The position numbers and the translations under genes were made by a program. Below, one piece after another: positions 44,071-57,500 of a DNA stretch of 64,000 bases. A model generated the notes under the pieces. The model was not told the DNA's origin, searched no databases, and saw only the letters and a program-made list of their open reading frames with translations. The stretch covers positions 3,472,001 through 3,536,000 of the forward strand of contig OZ024751.1 in assembly GCA_964016885.1 (NCBI GenBank), in the 5' to 3' direction. Source of the stretch: Eledone cirrhosa (Eukaryota). Each line of letters opens with the position of its first letter. Positions within the stretch are counted from its first letter, which is position 1.

Positions 44071-45323
44071 TAGGGTGCGGACGGTATTTGAGGACAGATT
44101 TATGGTTTTAAAAAAATGCTTATATAATAAGAGAAAAAAACTGTATTCTTATAAAAATAACAAACATAAAGCTAAGCTAACAATTTAATAATTACAATCA
44201 ATAAAACCACCATAAGTATTAATAACTGCCTCTACACGGGGTTGAAATCGTTTTCAAGCTCGGATTAAGTGGTCCTTTTTCATATCGGACATGACTCGAA
44301 CTATGGCGGCTTTCAAAGATTATTTGGTGCTATGGGGGTGTTCATTGACATTTTTGTTAACAATGCTCCATACATAGTAGTCCAGTGGATTGACATCTGG
44401 AGAATTAGGAGGCCAAATGTTGGGAGTGATGTGATCATGCAAATTGTTGGCCATCCATTCTTGTGTCATATGAGCCTTTTGTGATGATGCGGAATCTTGT
44501 TGAAAGACATAAGGCCTTCCATTGCATACACTGTTGAACCAAGGCTTAACAACTTTATCCAGAACCTCAATATACGCAGTAGCATTCACACTAAGGCCTT
44601 ATGGAAAAAAAGTGAGGAGCATGACGTCCTTCATTGCTAACAACACCATGACACTTGCAGAAAATTTTGAGTGCATTACTCTTGGAACCTCAGAAGGGTC
44701 TGCACATAGCCACCTGTTATTTCTTCTGTTAGTTTTCTGGTCCTAGTCAAAGCTTTTCTCATCTGAGGCAAACCAAATCACACCATCTTCTGGTGGATTT
44801 TAAAGTTTTTTCAAAAGTCTTTTCGATCTGATTAAATGGTTTTCTTTTGTTTTTTCTGACATGAATTGACCTCTCCTCGTCGCATAAGATTTGTATCTGA
44901 TGTCTTCATGCACAACATTTCTGATTGTTTTTTTCTGACACACCAAATTATTTTGCAATTGAGCTCATTGATTTTCCTGGATTGTCATCAATGTTTGGCT
45001 TAATTTCCTGAATAAATTCAGGTGTCCTGGTAGAATCGGAGCATTTGGAATGTTTTTTACGTTTTGATACAGGTAATACGCTTCCATCTTCTTTCTCTAA
45101 CTCATACCGAATCTTGTGGACAAAAGATCTTGCAACTTTCAGAAAATGAGAAATCTCTAAATCACCATGCTTAGCCTTGAAAGCCACAATCACAGCAGGT
45201 CTTTTCATTTCATTTGTAAGCATAGTTATTTTCATTGTTATTTTCTGAAATAGAAGTTCAATAAAAATTAGTCAAATAAAATAATGACTAAAAATGTATG
45301 TGTCCTCAAATACTGTCCGCACA

Positions 45324-45326
<3 letters not shown>
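44071..45326 (-). mobile_element. Tc1/mariner DD37D (maT-type) transposon, full length, degenerate transposase
   Basis: 26-bp TIRs (T/C)AG(G/T)GTGCGGAC(G/A)GTATTTGAGGACA with TA on both sides. Transposase starts at 45235; WFASDEK, QQD-x37-D (WPPNSPDVNPLDY). Several stops and frameshifts. Confidence 0.92.
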
Positions 45327-45360
<34 letters not shown>

Positions 45361-45469
45361 AAAATTTCGCTCTACATGCCTAAATACAATAAATGTAATC
45401 TGAGTTTTTCGAATATTAATTGTTTCTACGAATATTAATTGTTTCTACGAATTCTACGAATATTAATTG

Positions 45470-45653
45470 TTTCTACGTTAGGCACAAGGCGAGCAATTAC
45501 CCAGTGCATTACTGGTACTTTATTTTATCGACCCCGTAAGGATGAAAGGCAAAGTTAACCTGGCGGGATTTGAACTCAGAATGGCAAGGGCCATAACTCT
45601 ATACGTCAAAGCATGGCGTCCGACCCTCTACCAATACTGCCAATCCACCGCCC
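45470..45653 (-). mobile_element. tRNA-derived SINE of a second family, with a partial duplicate at 45685-45802
   Basis: Minus strand GGCGGTGGATTGGCAGTATTGGTAGA (A box), GAGTTCAAATCCC (B box), conserved-type domain ACTTTGCCTTTCATCCTTACGGGGTCGATAAAATAAAGTACCAG. Confidence 0.8.
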
Positions 45654-46060
45654 ATATATAATAATATATTAATAAAATATTAATAATTGTTTCTACGTTA
45701 GCACAAGGCCAGCAATTACCCAGAGCATTACTGGTACTTTATTTTATCGATCCCGTAAGGATGAAAGGCAAAGTTAACCCCGGCGGGATTTGAACTCAGA
45801 ATAATATATTAATAATAGCATTCGATTCGTTTGCAATTTTGCAAACAAGCCTCAATTTCATAGCCATACTAATTTTTATTGAACTTCAAAATCTCAGATT
45901 ACATTTACTGTATTCAGCCATGTAGAGCGAAACTTTCTTTTTTTATTTGAATTTGTCAAAGCCGGCCATTGTTCTGTCCTACGCCATTTTGTTTCTGTGT
46001 GAAACAAAATGGCGTAGGACAGAACAAAGGAGAGGCACAGAAACAAAGAAAGGAATCCCC

Positions 46061-46105
46061 AGTCACTGAAGAGGTCACAGAGTGTGTGACGAAAGAACTA
46101 TGACT
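46061..46105 (+). ncRNA. Minimal type I hammerhead in a solo PLE-like terminal repeat (45970-46250)
   Basis: AGUCA-CUGAAGA-g GUCAC agagugu GUGAC-GAAA-G aa C-UA|UGACU. A hairpin at 45970-46027 precedes it. Confidence 0.82.
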
Positions 46106-46245
46106 ATATATAAACAACTATCTGGTTGTGGAACCAACCAACCAACCAGAAATTTATAAATTTATTATAAATTTATTATAATAAATTGAAGTGAAAACAC
46201 CTGGTGCGTGTGTTTCTTATTGGCAACATGACCCTCCCAAAGTAT

Positions 46246-46282
<37 letters not shown>

Positions 46283-46476
46283 AGAAATAGGATTTCGCTT
46301 CAAGCATAACTTTATACAATATCTATAAATATTTCGTATCTCCAAAGAAATACAGTTTTAGGAAGCCGTAGCTATGCAAACACCGGGGCGCTAACGCCCT
46401 CTGGTGATGTCCAGCAGAAGCAAGGGGGACAACCGTCTATGCATTTCAGGCTTAACTGGCCTTTGTCAGGACGGTC

Positions 46477-46560
<84 letters not shown>

Positions 46561-46688
46561 GTATGTATATATATATATATATATTTATATGTATACATGT
46601 ATATATATACATATATGTAAATATATATATGTGAATATATATATATATGTCTGTTTTATATATATATATATAGATAGATAGATACACA

Positions 46689-46760
<72 letters not shown>

Positions 46761-46761
<1 letters not shown>

Positions 46762-47609
46762 TATGAATAAAACTCAGGCAGTCGTTTACAATGAAATGAC
46801 TCGAAGAAAGAAGTATTTCTGAGCCGTGTAATACAATATAATATAAATTAATATATATGATAAACACAGATACCAACATATCAGTGTTTGTATTGTAAAT
46901 GACTAAGTTAGCTAGATTGAAAAATACTAATTATAATAATACAGTTTGCCTGTCTCGATTTAAAATAATAAATCAATAAAACAAACCATATTGGCAAATA
47001 GCCGTGGTACTTAGACAAATTTAAATTTCAAAATCAAACCTGTTCCGTAGATAAGTTTAAACTTTGTATTACACGGCTCAGAAATACTTCTTTCTTCGAG
47101 CTATTTCATTGTAAACGACTGCCTGAGTTTTGAACTCTTTATTCATAGTATCACTGCTCCGTATGTTGAGCTAACTTTAGCCCCATATAAACGGCTGTTA
47201 TTTCTAGCAGTACGAGTATGCGGCAGCTAGAAACTGAAAAACCATGTGCATTAATCAGTCTTTTTAAATATTTTGAAGTGAAACATACCAATTTTTCAGG
47301 GTACTTACTGAGGAGATCTGATTGTGGTATTTTTTCACCTTTTTCACTTTTTCATTTATCGAAACATATTTGGATTTTAAAGTTTAAACTTATCTACGGA
47401 ACAGGTTTGATTTTGAAATTTAAATTTGTCTAAGTACCACGGCTATTTGCCAATATGGTTTGTTTTTATTGATTTATTATTTTAAATCGAGACAGGCAAA
47501 CTGTATTATTATAATTAGTATTTTTCAATCTAGCTAACTTAATCGTTTACAATACAAACACTGATATGTTGGTATCTGTGTTTATCATATATATTAATTT
47601 ATATTATCT

Positions 47610-47610
<1 letters not shown>
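46761..47610. repeat. Interleaved inverted repeats from two non-coding elements
   Basis: 46761-46836 versus 47064-47148, and 46835-47064 versus 47379-47607, are reverse complements. Confidence 0.8.
47300..47438 (+). ncRNA. Type I hammerhead with long stem III
   Basis: GGUACUUA-CUGAGGA-GAU...AUC-GAAA-CA u AUUUGGAUUUUAAAG...UUUUGAAAUUUAAAU u UG-UC|UAAGUACC. 8-bp stem I and GUC triplet. Confidence 0.78.
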
Positions 47611-47653
<43 letters not shown>

Positions 47654-47654
<1 letters not shown>

Positions 47655-48156
47655 TAGCCGAATTACCCGTGCCTTGCTGCGCTTCACACATTTTCTTTTG
47701 TAAGAAAATGATGATTGATTTTAAATCAGTGATATAATTTATGGAGAAAAACTCTGCATTTCAATATTACTCAATGTAAAATGTAATGCATGGAAAATTG
47801 GAAAACATTATTTTTTGTAATATATCAAATCAAAATTACATTATTAAATCTTATTTTTATTTTATTTCTTGTAAATAATTTTTTTCAAAATATCAATTCA
47901 AAAGTGTTGTGAATAGGCATCATATCTTGTCATTTACCTATGGTTTAAATTTCATATAAATCGAAGAGAAAAACGTTTCCGAGGTGGTTTTCAGCGGAGG
48001 TTTGTGCCCCCAGGGAACCCTTTGATTAAAATGAAATATACTTATCCAAGTACCCTGGGCAATATATTTTCAGAATATATGTGGTTATGGGGATCTATCT
48101 CCAAAGCCATAGGTGTCGTTCGTGAACAAACAAACAAACAAACAGCAGGAATACAA
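47654..48156 (-). mobile_element. Non-autonomous Helitron-like element, 5' end lost
   Basis: Minus strand ends ...GCAAGGCACGGGTAATTCGG-CTAG|T with a degenerate subterminal hairpin. A (TTTG)n tract lies near the 5' end. Confidence 0.6.
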
Positions 48157-48242
48157 CTTCATTACAGTCGATACCCGACCAAATCGTCAGTATAGTCCCA
48201 TGTATCTATAAATACTAGCGCACTGTATTACGTACATATCAG

Positions 48243-48341
48243 TATTCTGATGATTTGGTCGGGTATCAACTGTGATGAAGGTCGAGTGACGTAGCTTCTA
48301 ACGATCAGCGACTAAAGAAACAATTATTAACACTGTAAATA
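48243..48341 (+). ncRNA. Type I hammerhead with expanded stem-loop II
   Basis: UAUU-CUGAUGA-UUUGGUCG...CGACUAAA-GAAA-CA...UG-UA|AAUA. A partial inverted copy lies at 48157-48191. Confidence 0.72.
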
Positions 48342-48384
48342 AACACTATTGTATAGCCGACCATGTTATTCTTCATTCTTTTGC

Positions 48385-48434
<50 letters not shown>

Positions 48435-48569
48435 ATGTGTGTTTGTGTGTTTGGCACCAGTTTATAACATCCGATTAATTATTCAATCGGATATTTAATT
48501 TCATTTTTTTCTAATTAGTCATACATTATGATGACTTTGTATTTCATCATTTTTGGAGATTTCTTTGTT

Positions 48570-48578
48570 TTATATATA

Positions 48579-48663
<85 letters not shown>

Positions 48664-48761
48664 TTACGTATACCCACACATATACAAACATATATATACA
48701 TATATATATACACCTATATAGATATATAGATATATATATTAATACATACATATATATACAC

Positions 48762-48824
<63 letters not shown>

Positions 48825-49445
48825 TACATATATATACACGTATATAGATAGATAGATATATATGTATACATACATATATATATATATACATACATATATA
48901 TACACGTATATAGATAGATAGATATATATGTATACATACATATATATATATGTATACATACATATATATACACGTATATAGATAGATAGATATATATGTA
49001 TACATACATATATATATGTATACATACATATATATATATGTATACATACATATATATATATACATATATGTATATGTATACATATATATATACATACATA
49101 TATATATATATATGTATACATACATATATATATATACATATATGTATATATATATACATATATATCTACATATATATATATATATATACATATATATACA
49201 TACATATATATATATATATATATCTACATATACATACATATATATATCTACATATATATACATACATATATATATATATCTACATATATACATATATATA
49301 TACATATATATATACATATATATATATATATGTATATACATATATATAAATATATATATAAATATATATATATATACACATACATATATATATATAAATA
49401 TATATATATAAATATATATATATATACACGTATATATATATATAT
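48570..49445. repeat. Compound (TA)/(TACA)/(TAGA) microsatellite
   Basis: Seen directly. Confidence 0.9.
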
Positions 49446-49446
49446 T

Positions 49447-49566
49447 TGCCGTAATAAGTTTAATATTCTATTCTCTCTCTATATACATATAAATATATAT
49501 ATAGAGAGAGAGAGAATAGAATATTAAACTTATTACGGCAATATGACCCTCCCTAAGTATAACAAT
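49447..49566 (+). mobile_element. Tiny fold-back element consisting only of a PLE-like 3' tail
   Basis: TGCCGTAATAAGTTTAATATTCTATTCTCTCTCT inverted around TA, then ATGACCCTCCCTAAGTATAACAAT, also present at 46228 and inverted at 54650. Confidence 0.65.
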
Positions 49567-49572
49567 ACATAT

Positions 49573-49687
<115 letters not shown>

Positions 49688-49689
49688 TA

Positions 49690-49734
<45 letters not shown>

Positions 49735-49770
49735 ATATATGTATATATATATATATATATATACATATAT

Positions 49771-49823
<53 letters not shown>

Positions 49824-49834
49824 TACACACACAC

Positions 49835-49877
<43 letters not shown>

Positions 49878-49878
49878 T

Positions 49879-49977
<99 letters not shown>

Positions 49978-50189
49978 CATACATTCTACACTTTTGACAA
50001 CTTAAATCTCTTGGGGGTTTTCACACCATTAATAGAAATATTTCTTTTGTCAGTGTGCCACGGGGTGTCGTGTTTCAAATCAACACACGTGTCCACTGGC
50101 GTTTCTTTTTAGTTTGTTCTTTTTGACAGCGTTATTGCTGATGTATATAACCTTTACACACACACACACACACACACATTGACACACAT

Positions 50190-50270
<81 letters not shown>

Positions 50271-50556
50271 GAAAATGAGAATGGGATATTTTAAGAGTTT
50301 AAACAGCGAATCTAATTAAAACTAATTAATTCTAAATCCTTGCATAGCAGAGGAAAATGTCAGGTTGTTTAAATCACGTAGATTCAGTTTCTGTATTATA
50401 TATGTATAGGATAAAGAACCTTTCGGTAAGGAATGACCATGGGATTGCAAACCCAATGCTCTAACCATTAAGTCATAAGCCACCATATGGACCTGTTATT
50501 TTTATCTAAAGACATTTTTTCCGATTCCATCCCGACCGTCCCTCAATGTCATTCTT

Positions 50557-50592
50557 TCTTCTGATGAAGGACTAGCGTCCGAAACGTTAAGA
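50557..50592 (+). ncRNA. Minimal type I hammerhead
   Basis: UCUU-CUGAUGA-a GGAC uagc GUCC-GAAA-CG-UU|AAGA. Palindromic stem III AACGUU. Confidence 0.85.
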
Positions 50593-50710
50593 CCCCCTTC
50601 CTGCTATATCAAGCGTTAACCTAATATATCCCTTCCATATACTGTAGCAGTTGTCTTGTTATTTCTGTTTACCTTTTACATACATATATATATGTATATA
50701 TGTGTATATA

Positions 50711-50771
<61 letters not shown>

Positions 50772-50944
50772 TTAAGGGTACTATTTATGGTTATGTATGC
50801 AATAAAACCTTTGATGGTAATATATTATATATACACAAACCCTAAATAGTGAGAGATAGTCTTTAATTACTATCCTATTACCAGTAAGATAAATAGCTCA
50901 ATGTAATAACATCAGTTGTTATACAGAGCAGTTATATAGAGATT

Positions 50945-52467
50945 ACGGGGTCTAGTGACTCGGCACAGGTCACTGATTTGGTTGGCCTATACTTACTTAA
51001 CCTAATCCACAGGGAACTTCCGTACCTCAGCGGTGGTTTGTATCGCGACGATGCACTTCTACTTATAGACTATAAAAAATTCAATATAGAAAGGACTAGA
51101 AAACTATTGCACAAAACATTCAAAAACTTTAACCTTAGTATTACCATGGACAAAAACACCAAAAACGTCAACTTCCTAGACGCCACACTCTACTTAGACT
51201 CAATGATATATGCACCTTTCCACAAACCTAATGAAAAACTCATCTACGTAGATACCAAGTCTAACCACCCTAAATCTATATTGAACTCTATCTCTAAGGG
51301 AGTATCTAATAGAATCTCTAATCTATCCTATGACATAAACACATTTAACAATAACTCGCAGTATTATAATCAGGCATTAGCTAGATCAGGCCATAATACA
51401 GGGATAGAGTTCCTACCTACAAAAACACATAGCTACAACATAATTTCACACAACATGCCCATGAGAAAATTTAATAATAAGAATAGCAACTGCACACACA
51501 CTAATAGGGATTGTAACAACAAGAGTAACCCGCACCACAGAAATGACCATAGGAACATTAAAGGAAACAAATCACCAGACATAAAAAACAGAAATAGAAG
51601 AAGAAATAATACATTTTTCAACCCTCCTTTCAATTTAAACGTCTCTACCAACCTTCCTAGGGCTTTCTTCTCACTACTAGATAAACACTTCCCATCCGGC
51701 CACAGGTACCACGGCCTTTTAAACAAAAACACTATTAAGATCTCATACTCTACTACGCCTAACTGAGCATACCACATAGCTAGTACAAATAAAAGAAAAA
51801 TTAATTCTTACTTCCAACAAACTAAATCACAACGGTCGATAAACCTTCAAAATAACATTCAAAATAACAGTCAAAGTAACATTATAACAAATAACCGTAA
51901 TATCAATGGAAATAGTAGTAATAGCACTAGTGTAAACATTAACGCTGCGTACCACAACCCGCAAAACCATAACCCTATAGCTAACCTCCAAACTTCTACA
52001 CAGCATAGTAACCGGCAGACTAGCACCCAGAGTAATTGTAACTGTAGATCAAGTAGAACCTGCCCTTTAGATAAAAAAATGCTCAACCAAGGATATCATA
52101 TACTCATGTACAGTCACAACTAACAGCTCTTCTGAAACCTACATAGGCTCCACTTCTAACTGCTTCAAAACTAGATACAATTCGCACCTCCACTCTTTCA
52201 AAAAACATAGTCTAGCCAACTCCACTTCACTATCTAGCTACATACACTATCTAAAAACTAAAAATAAAATATATACACTTAAATGGGAAGTGGTAGGTAG
52301 TGCAACATCGTACAAACCACCTGATAAATTTTGTAACCTCTGTCTACTAGAGACCCATACTATCATCTTCTCTAAACATAATCTCCTTAATAAAAAATCA
52401 GAAGTGTTCGCAAATTGCCAACACCGCTTCCGACACTCGTTCCAAAACTTTAAACCCTATATATAAT
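50945..52467 (+). pseudogene. PLE RT + GIY-YIG (Naiad-like), disrupted
   Basis: GSSDSAQVTDLVGLY, GLYRDD, NFLD, KSNHP, FNPPF, KISYS, CNC..CPL, IIY..YIGST, FCNLC, LLNKKSE..CQH. TGA at 51764 and frameshift near 52078. Confidence 0.85.
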
Positions 52468-54008
52468 AATGTCAGACTGGAACCGGCATCACCCCTAGCA
52501 ATTAACATCAGTAGCACACCTTACACCTCACATCCACACCCATCTCTATACTCTAAATATAATACTGACAGCATTTGAGTGCCACCTACCCTGGGAATAC
52601 CCCCTTGTACCTCTAATACTGATGTCCCGACCGTGGACTACTTATTCTGCATTGCACAAATATAAGATTAGTATAAACTGGGGACACGGTACTGGTTGTG
52701 ATAGAATAGTCCTGTGCATGGATTACCACCAAGAGATAGATTGATGATTAGATAGATAATCGTATTGTTAAGTGATTATATACTGTAAGCGATCAGTTCA
52801 TTGAATTATGCACGTAATCATCTTAATGTGGACTCCTTTAATACCTATTAATAGACTCCACTCTAGCTTGGAGATGTGATACATAATTGATTTATATTTG
52901 AGACGGGGGTTGTCTATTACCGGATGGCCAGACTAGTGTTTTTATATGAGAGATCGGATCTCCGGACCATACCGAAGATTTACTGGAGATGCAGGCAAGC
53001 AATGACCCGGAGCCTACCGGGTGGCATATATAATAGTGGGACCATACCAGTCCTACTGTTATATTACATTTGCATGGAGCAGTGACTTGAGAGTCTGACT
53101 CCTCTTATAGAACGTTCAGATATGACACCCCTTAATTAATGGTTGGCAATCATCCTAGTATATACACCCTTGTACTTCTTAATGAACAACTCTCTAACCT
53201 ATAAATGGGTACCATACTCTAGATATTAGTTATAACTTCACATGATAGGCACGTATTTGAATCACCATTAATGTAGTTTAGCATAGTAATGTAACTAAAA
53301 CAACTAGCTAGTTACCTCCCCTTACGCATTAATTCCCCTTAATCATTCAGGCACTTCCGGAATTTGGACAGCATGATATATTAATTAAGAACCGACTGGA
53401 TACGGTTTATAGCTTGACTATATGCTGAACCACTGCGAATTATACGATAGACGCGTGTTCTCTATATATATATTGCGTCTCATGGATTATGTGAGTGGTG
53501 GTGTGAGCAAGGACAGTGGTACGACCTTGCCTACGATACAATAAGGTTTATAGTATGTTGAAGGTTTTTGACATTTTGGTGTTTCCCCGCATCCGAGACT
53601 GTATATCATACAGATGTATGAGAATAAATGACTTAATAATTCAGCCTATATAATAAGATCGATTGCCTGCTTCAACTGCCTGACCCTGCAAATATCATTC
53701 TGACGCACTCTAATCATGTATAGATAAGACAAGCGTGCATGCTACACGGGAGATTGCTTCATGCACTGACTACTCTAAGCTTTCCTCTTGCTTTATCTTC
53801 ATAGACTGCCAACGCTTCATGTTTATCTTTATTTTCACTCTTATTTTCACTCTTGCTTTTATTTTATTTTATTTTTATCATGTAACACTTTATATGTAAA
53901 TTGCCATGCTATTTCATTTGATGAATGTCACCCCACTGTTGATCAATATGCGCATATGTTTTATGTGTCTCTTGGGTTGAAAAGGAGGTCAAGTATGTTA
54001 TAAATAGC

Positions 54009-54055
54009 TGCTCCGAAGAATCCAAACCTCGGTTTGGAGGAAACAATTGTAAGCA
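54009..54055 (+). ncRNA. Minimal type I hammerhead with CCGAAGA core variant
   Basis: UGCU-CCGAAGA-a UCCAAAC cucg GUUUGGA g-GAAA-CAAUUG-UA|AGCA. Palindromic stem III. Confidence 0.75.
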
Positions 54056-54087
54056 AATAAATGACTTAAACTGAACTTTGATTACTG

Positions 54088-54183
<96 letters not shown>

Positions 54184-54269
54184 TATATATATATGTGTAT
54201 ATATATATATATATGTATGTATATACATATATAGATGTATATATATATATATGTATATATATCTATATA

Positions 54270-54320
<51 letters not shown>

Positions 54321-54419
54321 GTACATATATAGATGTATATATATATGTATATATGTATGTATATCTATATATCTATATGTATATGTATGTATATATATGT
54401 TTTTATATATGTATTTTTA

Positions 54420-54478
<59 letters not shown>

Positions 54479-54487
54479 GTATTTTTA

Positions 54488-54546
<59 letters not shown>

Positions 54547-54555
54547 GTATTTTTA

Positions 54556-54639
<84 letters not shown>

Positions 54640-54649
54640 TGTATATATG

Positions 54650-55082
54650 TATTGTTATACTTAGGGAGGGTCATATGCCGTAATAAGTTTAATATTCTGA
54701 TCGCAGACTTGGTACGAGTGATGAAGAATGTGTCCCGCATGTGCGACACAACTGAACTCGAAAGACACATCCAAACTTTATATGAATCGCATGCAGTTCT
54801 CTGGCTACAACCAAAGAGACAGAATCAGAGTATACAAACGAGTCACGGCGAAATATAAGACCCTCATAGAAATGGATATGAAAGGAATTTGCCCATTATA
54901 CAGGAGCAAACCAAGTTACAATAATACTCAAGTACAATAACGACAAACATATATAAACACACACTAGTGAACAAAGATAGAATACAAAATCAAAAACACA
55001 TACGCTCAAACGCGAACACACACATCGAACATTATACACACACGCAAACGTATGCTCAGAGACAGAGACAAGAATAAATAAG

Positions 55083-55121
<39 letters not shown>

Positions 55122-55235
55122 AATAAAAAATGGCGTAGATATTACATTACAATACGGGAGGAAATATAATAGTGCCACTGATGATGTTGCAGATGTGCAA
55201 CGAAAGAACTTTGTTAGACTATATGTATATATATT
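54650..55235 (+). mobile_element. Short PLE-like remnant: inverted tail, coding fragment and hammerhead
   Basis: Inverted tail 54650-54697. Frameshifted peptide [14 protein letters not shown]...MNRMQFSGY resembles a PLE thumb region. HHR at 55174-55215. Confidence 0.55.
55174..55215 (+). ncRNA. Minimal hammerhead with weak stem I
   Basis: GCCA-CUGAUGA-u GUUGCA gaug UGCAAC-GAAA-G aa C-UU|UGUU. Same stem III as the 46061 motif. Confidence 0.65.
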
Positions 55236-55239
55236 CATA

Positions 55240-56235
55240 TCTGTATTTTTAACCGCTGCTCCATTTTACCCAGAATCTTTTTCGACGCCTTAGAGAGGAA
55301 CTTCCCACCTAACCTAAGATACCGAAAAATCCTCAATAAGCATAACGTCAAAATTTCTTATTCCACTCCACCTAATCTAGCCGACCTCATAGCAATAAGT
55401 AACCACAGCAAGCTCACTAGAATACAACATGCTAGTAATGAGAATTTTAGGGAATATGACAACTCGGTCAACTTTAACAATTCTCTCGCCCCGCACGACA
55501 ACGATAGTAGTAACCAGAACAGGTATCTTAGTATTAGCAGTAGCATACACAATAGCACCACATTAGAAACTAACTGCAGCACCAGTAGTGTGACCGACGA
55601 CAGGGTTAGAAACCATAACGGCTATAACAGCCGCCGTAGAAGACGCTATACCACGTGAAGTGGACATAGCACTATTTCGCGTGTTTATAGCTATAATAAC
55701 GCCAACCACAATAATGGCAGCTATGGTGATGGAGATAATTATAGTAATAGGATTAACACGACCCCTCAACACCTTAGAGGTGATAACAAAAAACATTGCA
55801 ACTCTCGTAACCCTGTCAACTGTCCACTCCGAGGCTACTGCTTGACTACAAACGTTATCTATAGATTCACGATTATTAGTTTTAATACTGTTAAGTCTTA
55901 CATAGGAGCTACTTCTGGGGCGTTCAAGACTAGATTTCGGGCGCATCTCCACTCTTTTAGGAATAGGAAGCTTAGATACTCTACCTCCCTCGCTAATTAT
56001 ATTACCCAATTAACAGACTCTAACATTAGCTACACCACTCATTGGGGAATTGTGAACCAAGCAACACCATACAATTTTTTAAAAAGCTGCTAACTCTGCC
56101 TAATGGAACTGTTTTATAGAGTGCAAGCACCCCAGGAACTCATAAATAGTCGGGCCGAAACTGTCATCAAATACGACCATCGACTATAACAATCTTTCTA
56201 TAGATGGACCCCAACAACTGAATACCCACCATAAC
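55240..56235 (+). pseudogene. Degenerate Naiad-like PLE C-terminus (linker + GIY-YIG)
   Basis: KILNKHNVKISYSTPPNL, HCNSRNPVNCPLRGYCLTTNVIYRF..SYIGATSGAFKTRFRAH, with stops and frameshifts. Confidence 0.75.
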
Positions 56236-56468
56236 ACCTGATGCTCTCAACACCGCACCCTGGCCTCACTTACCAGCGGTAGATTTACCATTAAACAATG
56301 TGGAATAACACCATCATCAACCCACTGTTTTCCCACTAGGAAGTTGCACAGCATATATCAATTTGGGCCTACCCCGCTATATTCTTCCTCTCGGCTAGAC
56401 TGGCTTTATATACATAATCAAAATAATTAATGAAAGCATTACAAGCCGTTAAAACATATCTTTATAAA

Positions 56469-56508
56469 GCTCGTACACGTGTTTCGCCCAATGGGGCTCA
56501 TCTGAGGC
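56469..56508 (-). ncRNA. Degenerate minimal hammerhead
   Basis: Minus strand CAGAUGA-GCCC cauu GGGC-GAAA-CACGUG-UA. Palindromic stem III; core U>A change; poor stem I. Confidence 0.5.
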
Positions 56509-57104
56509 AGATATTACAAGCAGAGTTTTTAATTACAGACCATAAAAGCGTTAAATAAAAGTTTTACATCACCTTGCATAGTAAATTTAAATGTTAAAAG
56601 TGTAAACACGGTGAAAGGAGTATGGTTTGCTAAGGGAGGTAATTACCAGTGTAAGTATAAAGTTTACTATGTAAGTTATGACCAGTACTAGCTATGAAAA
56701 AATATATTATTTTATACGGAATTAACATATGCAGGGTTGGTCAACTCAATATAAATGAAGCCGTGTTAAGGTGTGAATATTAAAGACTATTGGTAAAGTC
56801 GTAAAAGACTACCAACAGGTATAAATAATTTATGGGGGCATGTTGGGTGCGAATTAGAAGGCCTAGAAAAATAAAGTCAATTTGGATCGAGGTTGTATGT
56901 TCATATGATCAATTGTCTAACAAGTTATTCGAGTTTAAGCAAGGTTCGTAAGATTACTTAAATAATAATAATAATATATTAGTTAATAGGAATAACAATA
57001 ATAATAATTTAAACACGAATATTAATAGAACGCCTTTAAATAGCAATGAGAATAGTAAAATGTCTGTAAATAACATTGAGAATAAATGTAATTGAAGAAA
57101 TAGG

Positions 57105-57500
57105 TCTGAATGCCCTTTACAAAATAATTGCCTTGATAAAAATCTAGTATATAAATGTACTAAGGCAAATGATAATATTTATACATAGGTGCCACTTCAT
57201 CTAAATTTAAGGAACGTCGGTATAATCACAGACACACTTTTAATAGACCGGATAAAACATTTTCAACTTCACTTTCACAATTAGTATGGTCTTTAAAGGA
57301 CATTAAATACTCCATCTCTTGGAGGAAATTACAAAATGCTACACCCTATCGGAACTCAGCAATCTCAGAATTTTGCCATCCTTGCAATAAAGAGATTCTT
57401 CACATAATCATAAACTATGACAATTTAATCAACAAAATAAATGAATTATTTAGTAGTTGTCATCATATAATTGGTAAAACTTTCCAGGCAATGTACCAGT
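57105..57500 (+). pseudogene. Degenerate Naiad-like GIY-YIG endonuclease fragment
   Basis: CPLQNNCLDKNLVYKC../YIGATSSKFKERRYNH..STSLSQLVWSLK..FCHPCNKE..LINKINELFSSCHH. Confidence 0.72.

Larger units (their letters stand above)
50945..54090 (+). mobile_element. 5'-truncated PLE (Naiad-like) with a long 3' UTR ending in a hammerhead-bearing terminus
   Basis: RT-GIY-YIG remnant 50945-52467, about 1.5 kb UTR, HHR at 54009, then (TC)n(TA)n. Confidence 0.78.

Noticed and set aside
46310-46366. Minus-strand hairpin followed by GAAA
   Set aside because: The core reads CUAAAAC and stem I does not pair; at most a relic.
51764-51766. In-frame TGA as selenocysteine (reported for some Naiad PLEs)
   Set aside because: It aligns with Leu in the paralogue at about 55378 (PPNL), not Cys. 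The copy also has a frameshift, and I see no convincing SECIS.
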